IMG/VR virus record: IMGVR_UViG_3300050821_006071
Location: 6,632-70,631 of that record
Direction: 5' to 3' (one strand)
Source of the DNA: a virus
Length of the DNA stretch: 64,000 nucleotides
Shown here: piece after piece, positions 28,910-39,173 of the stretch
Layout of the letters: each line of letters starts with the position of its first letter
Position numbering within the stretch: position 1 is the first letter of the stretch
Program-made: the position numbers and the translations under genes
The notes under the pieces: model-generated
Seen by the model: only the letters and a program-made list of their open reading frames with translations
The model's database searches: none
Told to the model about the DNA's origin: nothing

Positions 28910-29295
28910 TGCAGGACAAAAACTGAAACATGGGTTGGGCGAAGGCCCCACGGAACCCCGCGCGCTGAGAGTCATCTCAGGTGCTACAACGGGGGTGCTA
29001 CGCAAGGGTAGCTAGTGAGAGGGACAGTAGCCGAAGCGCTAGGCTCGGCGAACCCCCAACCTCTTGAATATATGGGAGCAAGGCAGAGGCCAACCGTTGA
29101 CATGTCCGGTTGAGCCGTACCTGTGAGACTCCTAAAGACTTTTGGGGTTCCTCTGATAGAAAGGAACCCCCGAGCCTAGTGCGACTAGCTAGGCTCGTCA
29201 CGGGCAGAGATTCGGGACGGTTCCCGAGATCACGCATCGGGCGCTAAGATCGCGCCCAACAACAACAGGCTCAACACCTGCTCTGCCCCCGAAGG
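28910..29295 (+). ncRNA. Candidate ~380-nt structured leader or ncRNA
   Basis: ORF-free and dense in nested and alternative helices (see findings). Confidence 0.5.
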
Positions 29296-29886
29296 GAGTG
29301 ATCATGAAAATCACTTTGACGCTACAAGTTGACATCCCCACGGATGGCATTTCGGAACTAAAGGACCGCTACGGACTCACCACCACGGCCCAGGTTCGCA
29401 AGCTAGTCCACGAGCGCGTGATCGAACAGAATAACCCCGAAAACGTTCCGTGGCTTGATGAACTCGGGGCCACGGCAACCGTGAGCATGAGGGCATCATG
29501 AACGAAACAGTCATCATGCTTACCGACGCGGTAGACGAGTTGGCAGCGATCGACTTGGAACAGCTCAACACCGAAGAGCGCTCGGACTTGGCCAACGACC
29601 TCGCCGTGTCCCTTCGCAGGCTGCGCGGAATCCAAGCCAACCTCGCCACGATCATCTAGGGGGGCTACGGTGTACTTCATCGAGCAAGAAGATCTCACAG
29701 AGGATCTGATGACCGTTCGCACACGCTTTGGACTGCTCAAGGGCTGGTATTTCCCGAACAACGCGGTTGGCGGAGTCGCTGCCACCCGCTACCACCCGAC
29801 GCCTTACGATGGCCCTCAACACAAGCACTTTCCGACCGAGCCGACAGCAGTCGGCTGGATCACCGCAAGCACCGACTAGCCGTTGA

Positions 29887-29917
29887 CCATCGTGCTCAAC
29901 TAGTTTGAGCACGATGG
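29887..29917 (+). other. Perfect 13-bp intergenic hairpin (processing or stability site)
   Basis: CCATCGTGCTCAA-CTAGT-TTGAGCACGATGG, no U tract. Confidence 0.55.
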
Positions 29918-30639
29918 CGGCAAACCTAGCCAGGGGGAACAGATCATGAATGCCCGTACCGTTGACGATTGGGTCACCGCGATAACCAACGCTGCCAGCG
30001 ACGATGCAGCCCTCACGATGCTGCGATCCGCCGGCCCGAAGATGCTCGCAGAGCTGGCCGATCAACTCTACATCGAGGCCGACGGCCACGGGCCGGCATG
30101 GCAGCGGCGTGCGATCGTGAGGGAGGCAAGGGCATGAGCGAGTGGGATCACGAGCCGGCGGATTCAACAGGGCCGACGGCATCATCATCAGTGCAAACGG
30201 GACGAACCACGATGAACGCAATGTACGGATTCACGCTGCTAAACTACCTCCAAGCCCGTGACTTCATGCCTGATGATGACTCAGAGCAATCGTTCGGCTG
30301 CGGGAAGGTCCGCGTGGCGTTCGATGACACGGATATCGTGGTCATCGCGTGTGAGAGCGAGCGCACGCGCGTAGAGCGGTGGAATGCGCGTTTCAGGAAC
30401 GCGCCGGCAGCGGCAGTCATCGCTGCCATCGAGTCAGCACTAGATGGGGCCGGACAATGAGGCAATTCGCCATGGGGTCTTACGTCACGGCACACGTGCC
30501 AAACCACGATGCTCCTCAAATCTGCGTGGTCGTTCGGCGGTTCACCTGTGATGGCACCTATCACCTACGCGATCAATCCGGCCAAGACTACTACGGCATA
30601 CCCGCCACCGACATAACCTGAACTACCGCGTTTTACCTC

Positions 30640-30678
30640 AAAGGGGATGGCTCTCTTAACAAGAGCCGTTCCCTTTTT
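30640..30678 (+). terminator. Intrinsic terminator-like hairpin
   Basis: AAAGGGGATGGCTCT...AGAGCCGTTCCCTTTTT. Confidence 0.55.
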
Positions 30679-32768
30679 GTGCTTCCCCCTGAAAGTGGGT
30701 GACAGGCCATGATCATCGTCAACACCGAAAGCTTTGCGCGGTACTGCCGAACGTTCCGCGCAGCCATCAGCACATCAAAGCGGCGAGAGCTGTTTGACGC
30801 CATGGTCGGCAAGCTCACCGAGGCCGACGGGGCTTGGGAGTTCATCCCCACTTACGGCCTTACGATTTGCTGGAAGCAAGCGCTGGACACTCCGGAGTAC
30901 TACCGTGAGCCGCACTACGGCTTGCCGCCTCAGTGGGACCTGCCCACGTACGAAAACCTCGTGTTCCTCACGCTATCAAGCCCGACGGCCCGCCCCATCC
31001 TCGGGACATGTCGAGGCCCCGGAGCTGGACGGCGAGACCAACTCGTGTCGCTAGCCCGTGCGCTAGATGCCCTAGCAAACCCTGAGAAGGTGCTTGAGCT
31101 GTGCTGACAGACGAGAAAATAGAGGCCACCCCGATTCGCCTCACGGTGCACAGCGGCAAGCAAATGGGCGGCACGGGGTGGGATGTGGAGTGTGGTCGCA
31201 TCACTGCCCACGGAAGCACCTTGACCGAGGCCAAGAGGAACCTCGCCGACGACATCACCGAGGCCCTCAACTCACCCGACGATGAGCCATCGTTCGCACG
31301 GGCGGATGACGGGGCACTGTGGGTGGCCATCCCCGATGGCATCGGGGGTTACCACGAGTGGCGGGTTGCCAGCGTGGCCGAGAATTGCGGTAGCTGCGAA
31401 GGACAGGCAGCCTACGCGTTCGGCCGATCGGTCGGCATGACGATCATCCATCCAAAGTGGGGGTCCAGAGGCGAGCCAACGTGACCCTTACAGAGGCCAT
31501 CCAAGCCAGTGCCGATGCCGACCATGCCCGCATGCCCCGGTGTGCGTGGTGTGGCCGCTCGGGCGTTCCCTACGCATACAGGGGCGTTCGCTTTGACGGC
31601 TTGACGTGCGTACGCGGTGAACGTCTGTGCCCGACGTGCGTTGCCGAAGACCTCGGCCGCAACGGCGTTGACATCAAAGTCATAGATGGTCGGCCAGGAC
31701 GAGAGTCGTACGTTTACAACACCGTGCGCGATGCTGACAAGGTGACCATTCGCTGTGAATTCGCCGATGGCAGGGACAGACCACGGCGCAAAAGGGCCAA
31801 GAGATCATGAAGCCCTACGTGGTGATTGAATTCCCGATGGTCGGCAGGAGATACTTCGAGGAACGTTGGGGCGTTTACTGCTATGACGAGTACCCCGAGG
31901 GCTGCGATCTCGCCGGCCTCAAACGCCGTACGTGCCTCGACAGCTACGACACGGTAGACGATGCGGTGCGCGAATACCCTGATGTGGATATCGTCATCAA
32001 CGGGAGCGGCTATGAAATGCCCGTTCTGGAATGACAACCTGCGACGCTGACGCCAGCGGCAGCGAGGTTGCAACCTATGCCGTCTACACGAAGCGCGGCC
32101 CGGTCATGCTTTGCGATCACCACCTCAGGGTGCACCTTCTGGTGATCATGGCTACCGGGCTGCCCGTGGTGCCCGTATCACCTCTCATCGAGCCGGCGGA
32201 TTACTACAGGAAGGACTCGTGGTGGAGTTGACCACAAAACATAACTGTAAGCACCCCGAGAGGGCGCGCAGCCGCTATCCCGAACGTCTCCGTGCCCGAG
32301 GCCTAAGCAAAGCACCGCTCATGCTGCCGTTGGCCACGCTGAGGTCTAGGCACCTGGCGAGAATCAAAGAGCACGGCACGCCATGGCCGACAGACAGCGG
32401 CCCGACCACCCTTCAATTCGTAACCCTAGAGGGGGTTCCCTACGCCCAGAGCAGCGGGCACGAGCAAGAGGAAGAGAGCTGGTTAAGCCCATGCCCGAGC
32501 AAGACCCACTCACTGACCTGATCAACACCCTTTTCGACAGGGTACCTAGGGCCGAGGCACTTGACGCGATAAATCAACGAGTCGCGAACCTCTTGGCTAT
32601 CGCCGAATTCACCACGGCGTTCATCCTCTCAGATGAGCGCACCCTAGATGAGTTCATCGCGTTCATGAGAGCGCATGGGGCCAGCCCCCTGGTCGAAGAT
32701 CGCGAACGGCTGAGGGGAGAACTCACGATGGCTCTGTTCACCTTCGCCACAGTCAAGTAAAGAAGCAT

Positions 32769-32896
32769 GGGGCCGGAGTTTTGTCGGTTCCCCTCCAAAT
32801 CAGGCCCAAAGGGTGCGGCTGTGCTCTTGCCCCTCAACTCACAGAGCACAGCTTCCCCTTTTTTGGAGGGTGGAGGTTCGATTCCTCTCGGCTCCA
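32769..32896 (+). ncRNA. Mini tmRNA-like / tRNA-Ala-like RNA (128 nt)
   Basis: Acceptor GGGGCCG/CGGCTCC+A with G3-U70, T arm GGAGG-TTCGATT-CCTCT, unpaired D region, long interrupted stem in place of the anticodon arm. Confidence 0.65.
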
Positions 32897-32980
32897 CGGG
32901 TAGCAAAGCCCAACAGATCGCTCCGGACAAGAGGTGACCTGACTAATTTCCTATGCAAAGGATTTAAAGGTGACCTCCGA

Positions 32981-33388
32981 ATGCGCGGAACTATGCCGCT
33001 CATAATGCTCCTGGCGATACCCTCTATCGACTCCGATGGCATCGCCCACGGGAGCGCCGACCCTCTTAAGTTCACGGTGAGAAACGCCTTGCGGGGCAAG
33101 CGCGTGCACGATCACCCGTATTACGAGGTCTTGGCGGCAGCAATGCGGCGAGACGGCATCAACTGCGTTCCGATTCACGTGGCCCCCGTGTGGTTCATGT
33201 GCCGGGAGTATCAGATGTTCATAGACGGAGAATGGCAGCCCATCCCCCTACCCGCGTGCCTGAACCCGCTACAGCCCATGCTCGGCAACGGTGGGCATCG
33301 GGTCAAGATCGCTCGTGAGCTACGGCTTCCCATACTCCGCTGGACAACGGACCTATGGGAAAGCGGGTGGGGCGATGAGCCTCGGTGA
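32981..33388 (+). CDS. ParB/Srx-like domain protein
   Basis: LAAAMRRDG..VPIHV...LGNGGHRVKIARELRL; start uncertain. Confidence 0.55.
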   Translation: MRGTMPLIMLLAIPSIDSDGIAHGSADPLKFTVRNALRGKRVHDHPYYEVLAAAMRRDGINCVPIHVAPVWFMCREYQMFIDGEWQPIPLPACLNPLQPMLGNGGHRVKIARELRLPILRWTTDLWESGWGDEPR

Positions 33389-34537
33389 AAAAGTCGTGGC
33401 GGGGCAGAGAGCTATCCCTATGGTTTCTCGAAGGCCCGAGTCTGAAGCTCGGCTTGGTAGGTGCGCCAGTCGTGATGATACGCGAGCGCGAAGACCACGA
33501 TGCTTAGAGGCCAGACCAGGAGGCTAATAACCACAGAGAGGGTCACCATCACCCGCGCGCCGCCAATTCTGTGCATGGCGTCGCGGTACTCCGCCCGGAC
33601 GGTTGCGCCTAGCCTACCGGAGAGCCGACGCCACGCCATGATCAAGTCTGTTGCCGCCACGAGCACGCCCATGGCCGCCCACACGGCGACCTCGGGGGAA
33701 ATCGGATTCACTTGAGTCTCCTGTTTGGGGGGCGGGGTGTGGGGTGGCCCCGCGCCCGTAACACGAGACCACCCCGAGCCGCTGTGAGAGGTACTTAGCC
33801 CTTGTATAAGGGGGCCTTCCACCGCCCCCCTTTTCCTCGGTCAGGTGAGGAACCAAAGGCTTGCTTCCATACCCACAGCGACCGAGACACAGGCTAGCAC
33901 ACATCAAACGGAGAGACCCCCTCACGGCCGACAGATCGCCTCAGATCTGCCCACTCACCTTTAGCGGCAACGTGGCCTGGGTGCCGACGGGGGTCTCTCC
34001 TTGCCTATCTTGCGGGCAAGACGCTACCAAACAGGCGAGGGCCTTCGCAAGCGCCCGACAGACGATCAGGAATCTTGACATTCAGTAAACCCTCAGGCTT
34101 GCTAAGATTTGGTGAAGATGCAAAACGGGGGTTTGTGGGTGGTTCACAACTGACTTCGCGTGGGTCTAGGGTGCAACTATCCCCCGGAATTCCTACTAAA
34201 AGGGGTTTATGAGTTGGGAGGGTGCAGGCCAGGTGATAAGAGATCGAAGCCAGAGTGATAAAGGGTTAGGAGGTGTGGCTGTGTCCGTGACGATAGTGGT
34301 TCCGTACTACAACGCCGCCGCCTACGTGGCGCTAGCCTTGGTGGTGGCTGGCCTGGTGGTGACGGCCATCGGGGTGCTCGCCCTGAGGCGTGATTCAAGA
34401 AACATGCGCGCAAGCTATAACGTGCTTCTAGACCACCTGATAGCGGCCCATGCCATGCCAGACATAGCCCTACTAGAGCGAGTTCGAGGGTACTCGGTAC
34501 TAGGGCAGCGCAACCCGCAAGCGGCCCCAAAGGACTC

Positions 34538-35023
34538 TCAGCCAGAGGACTCACAGCCCGAGACGGGGGCCGAGTCGTGAGCCGGCGCTTGTTCCTCGAT
34601 CGGGTTACGGTGGATATCGATGTCAGTCTTATTGGCGATGGCAAAGAACCAACCCAGGTCAGGGAAGTAGACAGTGACCATCCGCACGCCTCGGTGAGTG
34701 AGGATATCCCGCAACCACTCCGCGCGGGAACGCTCGGCCCTGGCCACCCGGTGCCCCTTGCGTTGGCTATCAATCGCCATAAGGCCGCGATAGATCGGGT
34801 CACGGCGATGCTCGGGGCGAATCTCCTGCCGTATCAGGTCCCGATGGGACGCTCGCCGTGGTGGCAAGCCCAGCTCTGCGAACTTGCGAGAGACCATGCT
34901 CGGATGTGGCTGCCAACCGGTTGCCTGCCCGTTGGCGTGAGCTATGTCCGCATTTCTCCAACCCAAGTTGTAGAACCCTCTGAGCGTCTCGTCCGGCAGC
35001 CATGGCTTCTTGGTTGGTGGCAC
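34538..35023 (-). CDS. Immunity repressor-like protein (L5 gp71 / Streptomyces-phage type)
   Basis: N-terminal LPD...NADIA..VSRK HTH; EIRPEH, WL..L, VYFPDLGWFF pattern. Lone reverse-strand gene in the early region. Confidence 0.55.
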   Translation of the reverse strand: MPPTKKPWLPDETLRGFYNLGWRNADIAHANGQATGWQPHPSMVSRKFAELGLPPRRASHRDLIRQEIRPEHRRDPIYRGLMAIDSQRKGHRVARAERSRAEWLRDILTHRGVRMVTVYFPDLGWFFAIANKTDIDIHRNPIEEQAPAHDSAPVSGCESSG

Positions 35024-35095
35024 GTTCGTTTCGTCCTTAGAGGTTCTGGCCCTTGACCCCGCCAGCTGCGGGAACCGAGAGGTGGTGAGTATCCC

Positions 35096-35452
35096 ATGTG
35101 CAGAGAAGCCGGATGCAACCGACCTACACGCAGTGCTGGCTACTGCACATCAGACTATGCGACGCACCGCCGTCAAGCACAGCCCCGTCGGCAAAAAGAC
35201 CGGCTACGCTTGCCGTCTGACAACGTGATTGATGATCTTGCAGTTGGGATTGCAGTGAGGGGGAGTCGGGTGGTGCCGCTGACGCAAGCTGAAAGATGGT
35301 GGGCTACCGCACAGTTGCTCACCCTCGGTGGCAACAGCCTCGACGTCGAGGCCCACCTAGGCGTCACCCCGACGCAAGCACAGCGGCTAGCAAATCACGT
35401 AAGGCAATCCGGCCTAACGTACAACGCGATAAGGCCCACCGAGAGGGAATAG
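35096..35452 (+). CDS. Zn-finger + HTH DNA-binding protein
   Basis: CREAGCNRP...GYC; IDDLAV...LTQAER...VEAHLGVT. Confidence 0.55.
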   Translation: MCREAGCNRPTRSAGYCTSDYATHRRQAQPRRQKDRLRLPSDNVIDDLAVGIAVRGSRVVPLTQAERWWATAQLLTLGGNSLDVEAHLGVTPTQAQRLANHVRQSGLTYNAIRPTERE

Positions 35453-35461
35453 GGAGAACAA

Positions 35462-36184
35462 ATGGTCCAGAGGATTCAGACGCTGCTCATCGATGACCTC
35501 GATGGCAGTGAGGCTACCGCCACCACCAAGTTCGGGCTTGACGGCAATGCCTATGAAATCGACCTGAACGATCCGCACACCGAGGCCCTACGGGGCGTGC
35601 TCATGCGCTACAGGAACCACGCACGAGCGGTTCCTAACACCTCGCGGTTCCCGAGCACGCGCAATGCGACCATCACGCGGGGTGCGGGCAAGCGCCCGGA
35701 CACCAAAGAGGAACGGGCGTACCTGATGGCCGCCGGCTACCCCATCAAGGTCCAGGGCAGGATTCCTAAGGAGCTGCACGCGATATGGGAAAACCGTGGG
35801 AATGGCATGCCGCTCCCGTCGGTGGCCGTCGTAGAGAACGGGGTCACCGCCCCGACCACCTCGGCCGAGTCCAACGGCACTGCCCCCGAGGTGGCTGACA
35901 AAGCGTGCGGATGCTGCGGGGGCGTCGCCGAGATGGCGCCAAAAGATGAGCATGGCGTGTGTTGCAACGAGCAGCACGACGTCAAGGCTCCTGCACCGAA
36001 GGTCACTAGGGCACGTGGCAAGCGCGGGGCATCGCCATCGGACAACGCGCCGGCGGCAGTGTTCCAAGGGCCGGCCACCCCGACCACCAGCACCGAGCAG
36101 GCCTCGGCCGGGCAAGCGGCCCCCGAGGAGCCGGCTGCCTCGCCCGTCAAACGGGCGCGTAAGCCGCGCGCAACCACGACATGA
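35462..36184 (+). CDS. lsr2: Lsr2-like nucleoid-associated protein with long C-terminal extension
   Basis: LIDDLDGSEA..FGLDG..YEIDL dimerisation domain; GYPIKVQGRIP AT-hook-like grip. Confidence 0.85.
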   Translation: MVQRIQTLLIDDLDGSEATATTKFGLDGNAYEIDLNDPHTEALRGVLMRYRNHARAVPNTSRFPSTRNATITRGAGKRPDTKEERAYLMAAGYPIKVQGRIPKELHAIWENRGNGMPLPSVAVVENGVTAPTTSAESNGTAPEVADKACGCCGGVAEMAPKDEHGVCCNEQHDVKAPAPKVTRARGKRGASPSDNAPAAVFQGPATPTTSTEQASAGQAAPEEPAASPVKRARKPRATTT

Positions 36185-37052
36185 GCCGCACGGGCACCCT
36201 ACGCCTTCGGGGGCGATGGGGTCATGGCCGACGATGACACCATAGAGTTTTTCCCCGACATGGTCTTCGTGCCTCACCGCATGAGGCACGCGCTGGTGGT
36301 CGAGGTCACCCACGGGCCGGCTCTCGTGGGGTTCATCCTGCACCCGAGCGGCGAGCGTTTCCACGTGCTCAACGAGCGTGGCAACCCGATTCGCGTCACG
36401 GCAGAGGAAGACGACGCCATACAAGCGCTACACACCTATGAGAGGCGCCGGATAGACCGAGACGACAACTGGCTTTACGTCTAAGAGGGAAGCAAGGCAA
36501 ATGAAACTCGGAGTATGGCACCAGGATACTTGGACTTTCACATGGTTACGGCGGCACTCATCGTCAGCACCCTCGCGATAGCCGTCTCAGGATTCACGGT
36601 GTGGTTCGTGGCCCGAGCGTCAGCAGACAAGCGCGACCACCAAGGCCAGCACATCAAGAGGCCCCCCGGAAATGCCCGTTACTAGAACACGCGAAAAGCC
36701 CCCTCTAAGGCACGCACACCGCGTTTGGTGTGGTTGTACCAAGGAGGGGGCTTGCATGTCTCAGCGTGTCTCTGTGGGCCGCGTAGGGGCATTCTAGGGC
36801 CGGGCGTGGAAAACGCAGTGAGAAGGGGGGTGGCCTGATGAGTGACCTTCGATACCAGCGGATATGTGATGAAACGACGGGGTTCACCATCGGGCATTGG
36901 GACTCGGCAACATCAACCGTTGCCGACAACAAAGGCAACGTCAGGTGTGGCGTAGAGAGCTACCGCATGGCGGTTGTGGTGATGCACGGATGGGGCTGGA
37001 ACGTGAACCCCTTCAACCCTGACCTCTCGGACGGAACGGAGTAATCAAAGCA

Positions 37053-37664
37053 ATGGGCGAGGGCTATGAGACCTTTCACATCAAGGAAGAGAATGCCGAT
37101 TACTTCCTGATTGTGATCGGGACTACGCGGACGATCTACATAGCGGTGTTCACAGACATCGCGCATTACTGGGAGGTCTACGTGGCGGGTACGCGCATCG
37201 TGGTACCAGGGGACCATCCCGCTACCGAGCAAGTCAAGACCGAGGCGTACGGCTACGCGCTGCTCCACCCGTCCCAGGTGACCAGAGGGCTATACGATGA
37301 GGCTTTGATGTGGTGCCCGCGTCTGCCGGACCCGCGTACGTTAGGGAGGTCGGTAAACATGCAGCACAAGAAACCCGGTAGGAAATTCACTAGGCCATCG
37401 TATGCGGTTCTCGAAGAACTTGTCGGCCCTGATGAGCGTGCCATAGCTCTGGCAATGGTTTTCTGGGAAAACCTGCTAATAGAGTTCGGCATAGACAAGA
37501 CGGGCCGCCATGCCGATTGCCATCCAAAACTAGCGCGCAAAGGTTTCCCGCCAATCGTCCAGATCAGGATGTACACCCCTGCCAACGCACCCGACGTGCC
37601 GCGCCACGTTTTGGCCGCCCTCACGCGGCGAGTCCGCGCCAAGAAAGAAAGTGAAAACTCATGA
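37053..37664 (+). CDS. Hypothetical protein
   Basis: 203-aa ORF in a co-oriented cluster (36224..37963). Confidence 0.55.
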   Translation: MGEGYETFHIKEENADYFLIVIGTTRTIYIAVFTDIAHYWEVYVAGTRIVVPGDHPATEQVKTEAYGYALLHPSQVTRGLYDEALMWCPRLPDPRTLGRSVNMQHKKPGRKFTRPSYAVLEELVGPDERAIALAMVFWENLLIEFGIDKTGRHADCHPKLARKGFPPIVQIRMYTPANAPDVPRHVLAALTRRVRAKKESENS

Positions 37665-37969
37665 GGTGATGATTTATGTGCTGTACAACTCACGATGAAC
37701 GGGACAGGCTCGATAGGGCCGACGGCATCAACGTAGACGCGTTGCTAACGCGCGACGAACGGTTCCGCTGTCAGTGCAAGTTCGGGCACCCTTGCCACCG
37801 CGCGATGACGGCAGAGGACTTGGTGTGTGACTGGTGCCGGGGCACCAATCACGAGACCGCATGCAAACAGATGCAGTTGCCGTCAGACATCACGTATTCG
37901 CCGCCAGGCCAAACGCTACGCGCAAGGCCGGGTTGGCGGCCTCAGAACCCAAGGCTGCTGTAGAAGCGC

Positions 37970-38033
37970 AAAAAGCCCCTCTAGGCGTGGCCATAGCTAA
38001 TCAAAGCGTGGTCATGCCCGGAGGGGCTTTTTT
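37970..38033. terminator. Bidirectional intrinsic terminator
   Basis: AAAAAGCCCCTC...GAGGGGCTTTTTT between the convergent early and late operons. Confidence 0.8.
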
Positions 38034-38066
38034 GTGTCTCTAGGTGCCTTGCAGAAGCCTTACGGG

Positions 38067-38888
38067 CTACAGTCCTAGCAGAGCCTCGATCCACGCCCAG
38101 ACCCTGGCCCAGAAACCGGGCATCGGGGGGTTGGGTGCAGGCGTAGGCGTCGGGGTGGGAGTTGGCTGTGGACCTGGTGACGGCGGAGCTGCGAGCGGCA
38201 GGGGCTGTGTGGCGTCCCCATCCTCTGACAGCAGGCGTGTGAGGGTCGCAAAGGACATCTTGAACGATCCGCCAACGCTGTAGGACGTGCCCCACGAGTT
38301 GTCGAATCCGATTACTTGGCTTGCAACGTCAACGATGCGGGCAACCACCTCATGGCCGCCACGGATGTAGGCATTGCTGTCAATGGCAACTGTGCCGTCG
38401 GCCGAGGGTGTGTCAAACGAAGAATACCAATTCATGCCGACGATGACCGGGCCACTCATCAATGCCTGAAGAGTCGAGTCAAGGTCGGTGTAGTGGTTGT
38501 ATCCGGCAATAAGGCCGTCTTGCTGTGCAGCCCATGCGACGGACGTTCCGCTAGAGCCGTTGTCATTCGGGGGGTAAGGTCCGTCGCCGTCGTGGGTCTC
38601 GGCTTCGCTGTAAATGCGCAGAGCCTCGGCCTCATCTAGCGCGGGGTGGTTTGCCGGCAGGGACTCAAAAAGCGTGTCCGTGCCGAGTGCCCCTGTCATG
38701 GCGTTGCCGGTGCAACTGCCTACGTCGCCCTGGTCAAGGATTGGCGTGTTCCGCTTCCAGTTGACCGAGACAACAGCCTTGCGCGGCCCTGCGAACGGGC
38801 GGGCGAGCCGGCGGGCATCGAGGTCAACGTGACGGCCAAGACGCTTGCCGGGAACGCGCATCTCTTGAATGCGACGAATTTCCGCCAT
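38067..38888 (-). CDS. Papain-like (C1) cysteine peptidase
   Basis: ILDQGDVGSCTG (Gln/Cys), GGHEV (His), DNSWG (Asn); PT linker and amphipathic C-terminal helix. Confidence 0.85.
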   Translation of the reverse strand: MAEIRRIQEMRVPGKRLGRHVDLDARRLARPFAGPRKAVVSVNWKRNTPILDQGDVGSCTGNAMTGALGTDTLFESLPANHPALDEAEALRIYSEAETHDGDGPYPPNDNGSSGTSVAWAAQQDGLIAGYNHYTDLDSTLQALMSGPVIVGMNWYSSFDTPSADGTVAIDSNAYIRGGHEVVARIVDVASQVIGFDNSWGTSYSVGGSFKMSFATLTRLLSEDGDATQPLPLAAPPSPGPQPTPTPTPTPAPNPPMPGFWARVWAWIEALLGL

Positions 38889-38894
38889 CAGGGT

Positions 38895-39122
38895 TTACTT
38901 CCTAGCCTGAGCCTTGAGGGTGGCCTTGAGGGCAACATGCACGAACGCGCCGATAAGTGCGGCAGCAACCGCGTACGCGGCGGTCAGTTCGTTGACGGTC
39001 AGGTGCAACCCGAACCGCGCGGCCAGGGCCACGGCGACCCCAAGGACGGCAGCCATCCCGCCAGGATAGGCAAAGAGAGCGGCCTTGATGGATGCATACA
39101 CGCGCTTAAGGAAAGCGAGCAT
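38895..39122 (-). CDS. Holin
   Basis: 75 aa, two hydrophobic segments, basic C-terminus, directly after the endolysin. Confidence 0.7.
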   Translation of the reverse strand: MLAFLKRVYASIKAALFAYPGGMAAVLGVAVALAARFGLHLTVNELTAAYAVAAALIGAFVHVALKATLKAQARK

Positions 39123-39173
39123 TCTAACTCCAATTGACTTGCAAATTCGCTCGTGGTCGAGGCCACGAGACGT

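Larger units (their letters stand above)
29298..32760 (+). other. Cluster of about 14 small hypothetical early genes
   Basis: Tightly coupled 45-130 aa ORFs (e.g. 29298..29501, 29670..29879, 29946..30137, 30709..31107, 31101..31484, 31807..32034) with RBSs and ATGA overlaps. Confidence 0.65.

Noticed and set aside
29003-29030. TAGTGAGAGGG resembles part of the raiA motif RNA
   Set aside because: Only a short match; the other conserved raiA segments were not found.
29112-29223. GAGCCGT...ACGGTTC resembles group II intron domain V
   Set aside because: The arms are ~100 nt apart rather than forming a ~34-nt hairpin, and there is no GUGYG start, domain VI or maturase.
34075-34108. TTGACA...TAAGAT promoter
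   Set aside because: The 22-nt spacer is too long for these two hexamers to act as one promoter.
34538-35023. L5-style stoperator array for the gp71-like repressor
   Set aside because: No recurrent asymmetric 13-mer found by eye. A motif search is needed, so none is claimed.
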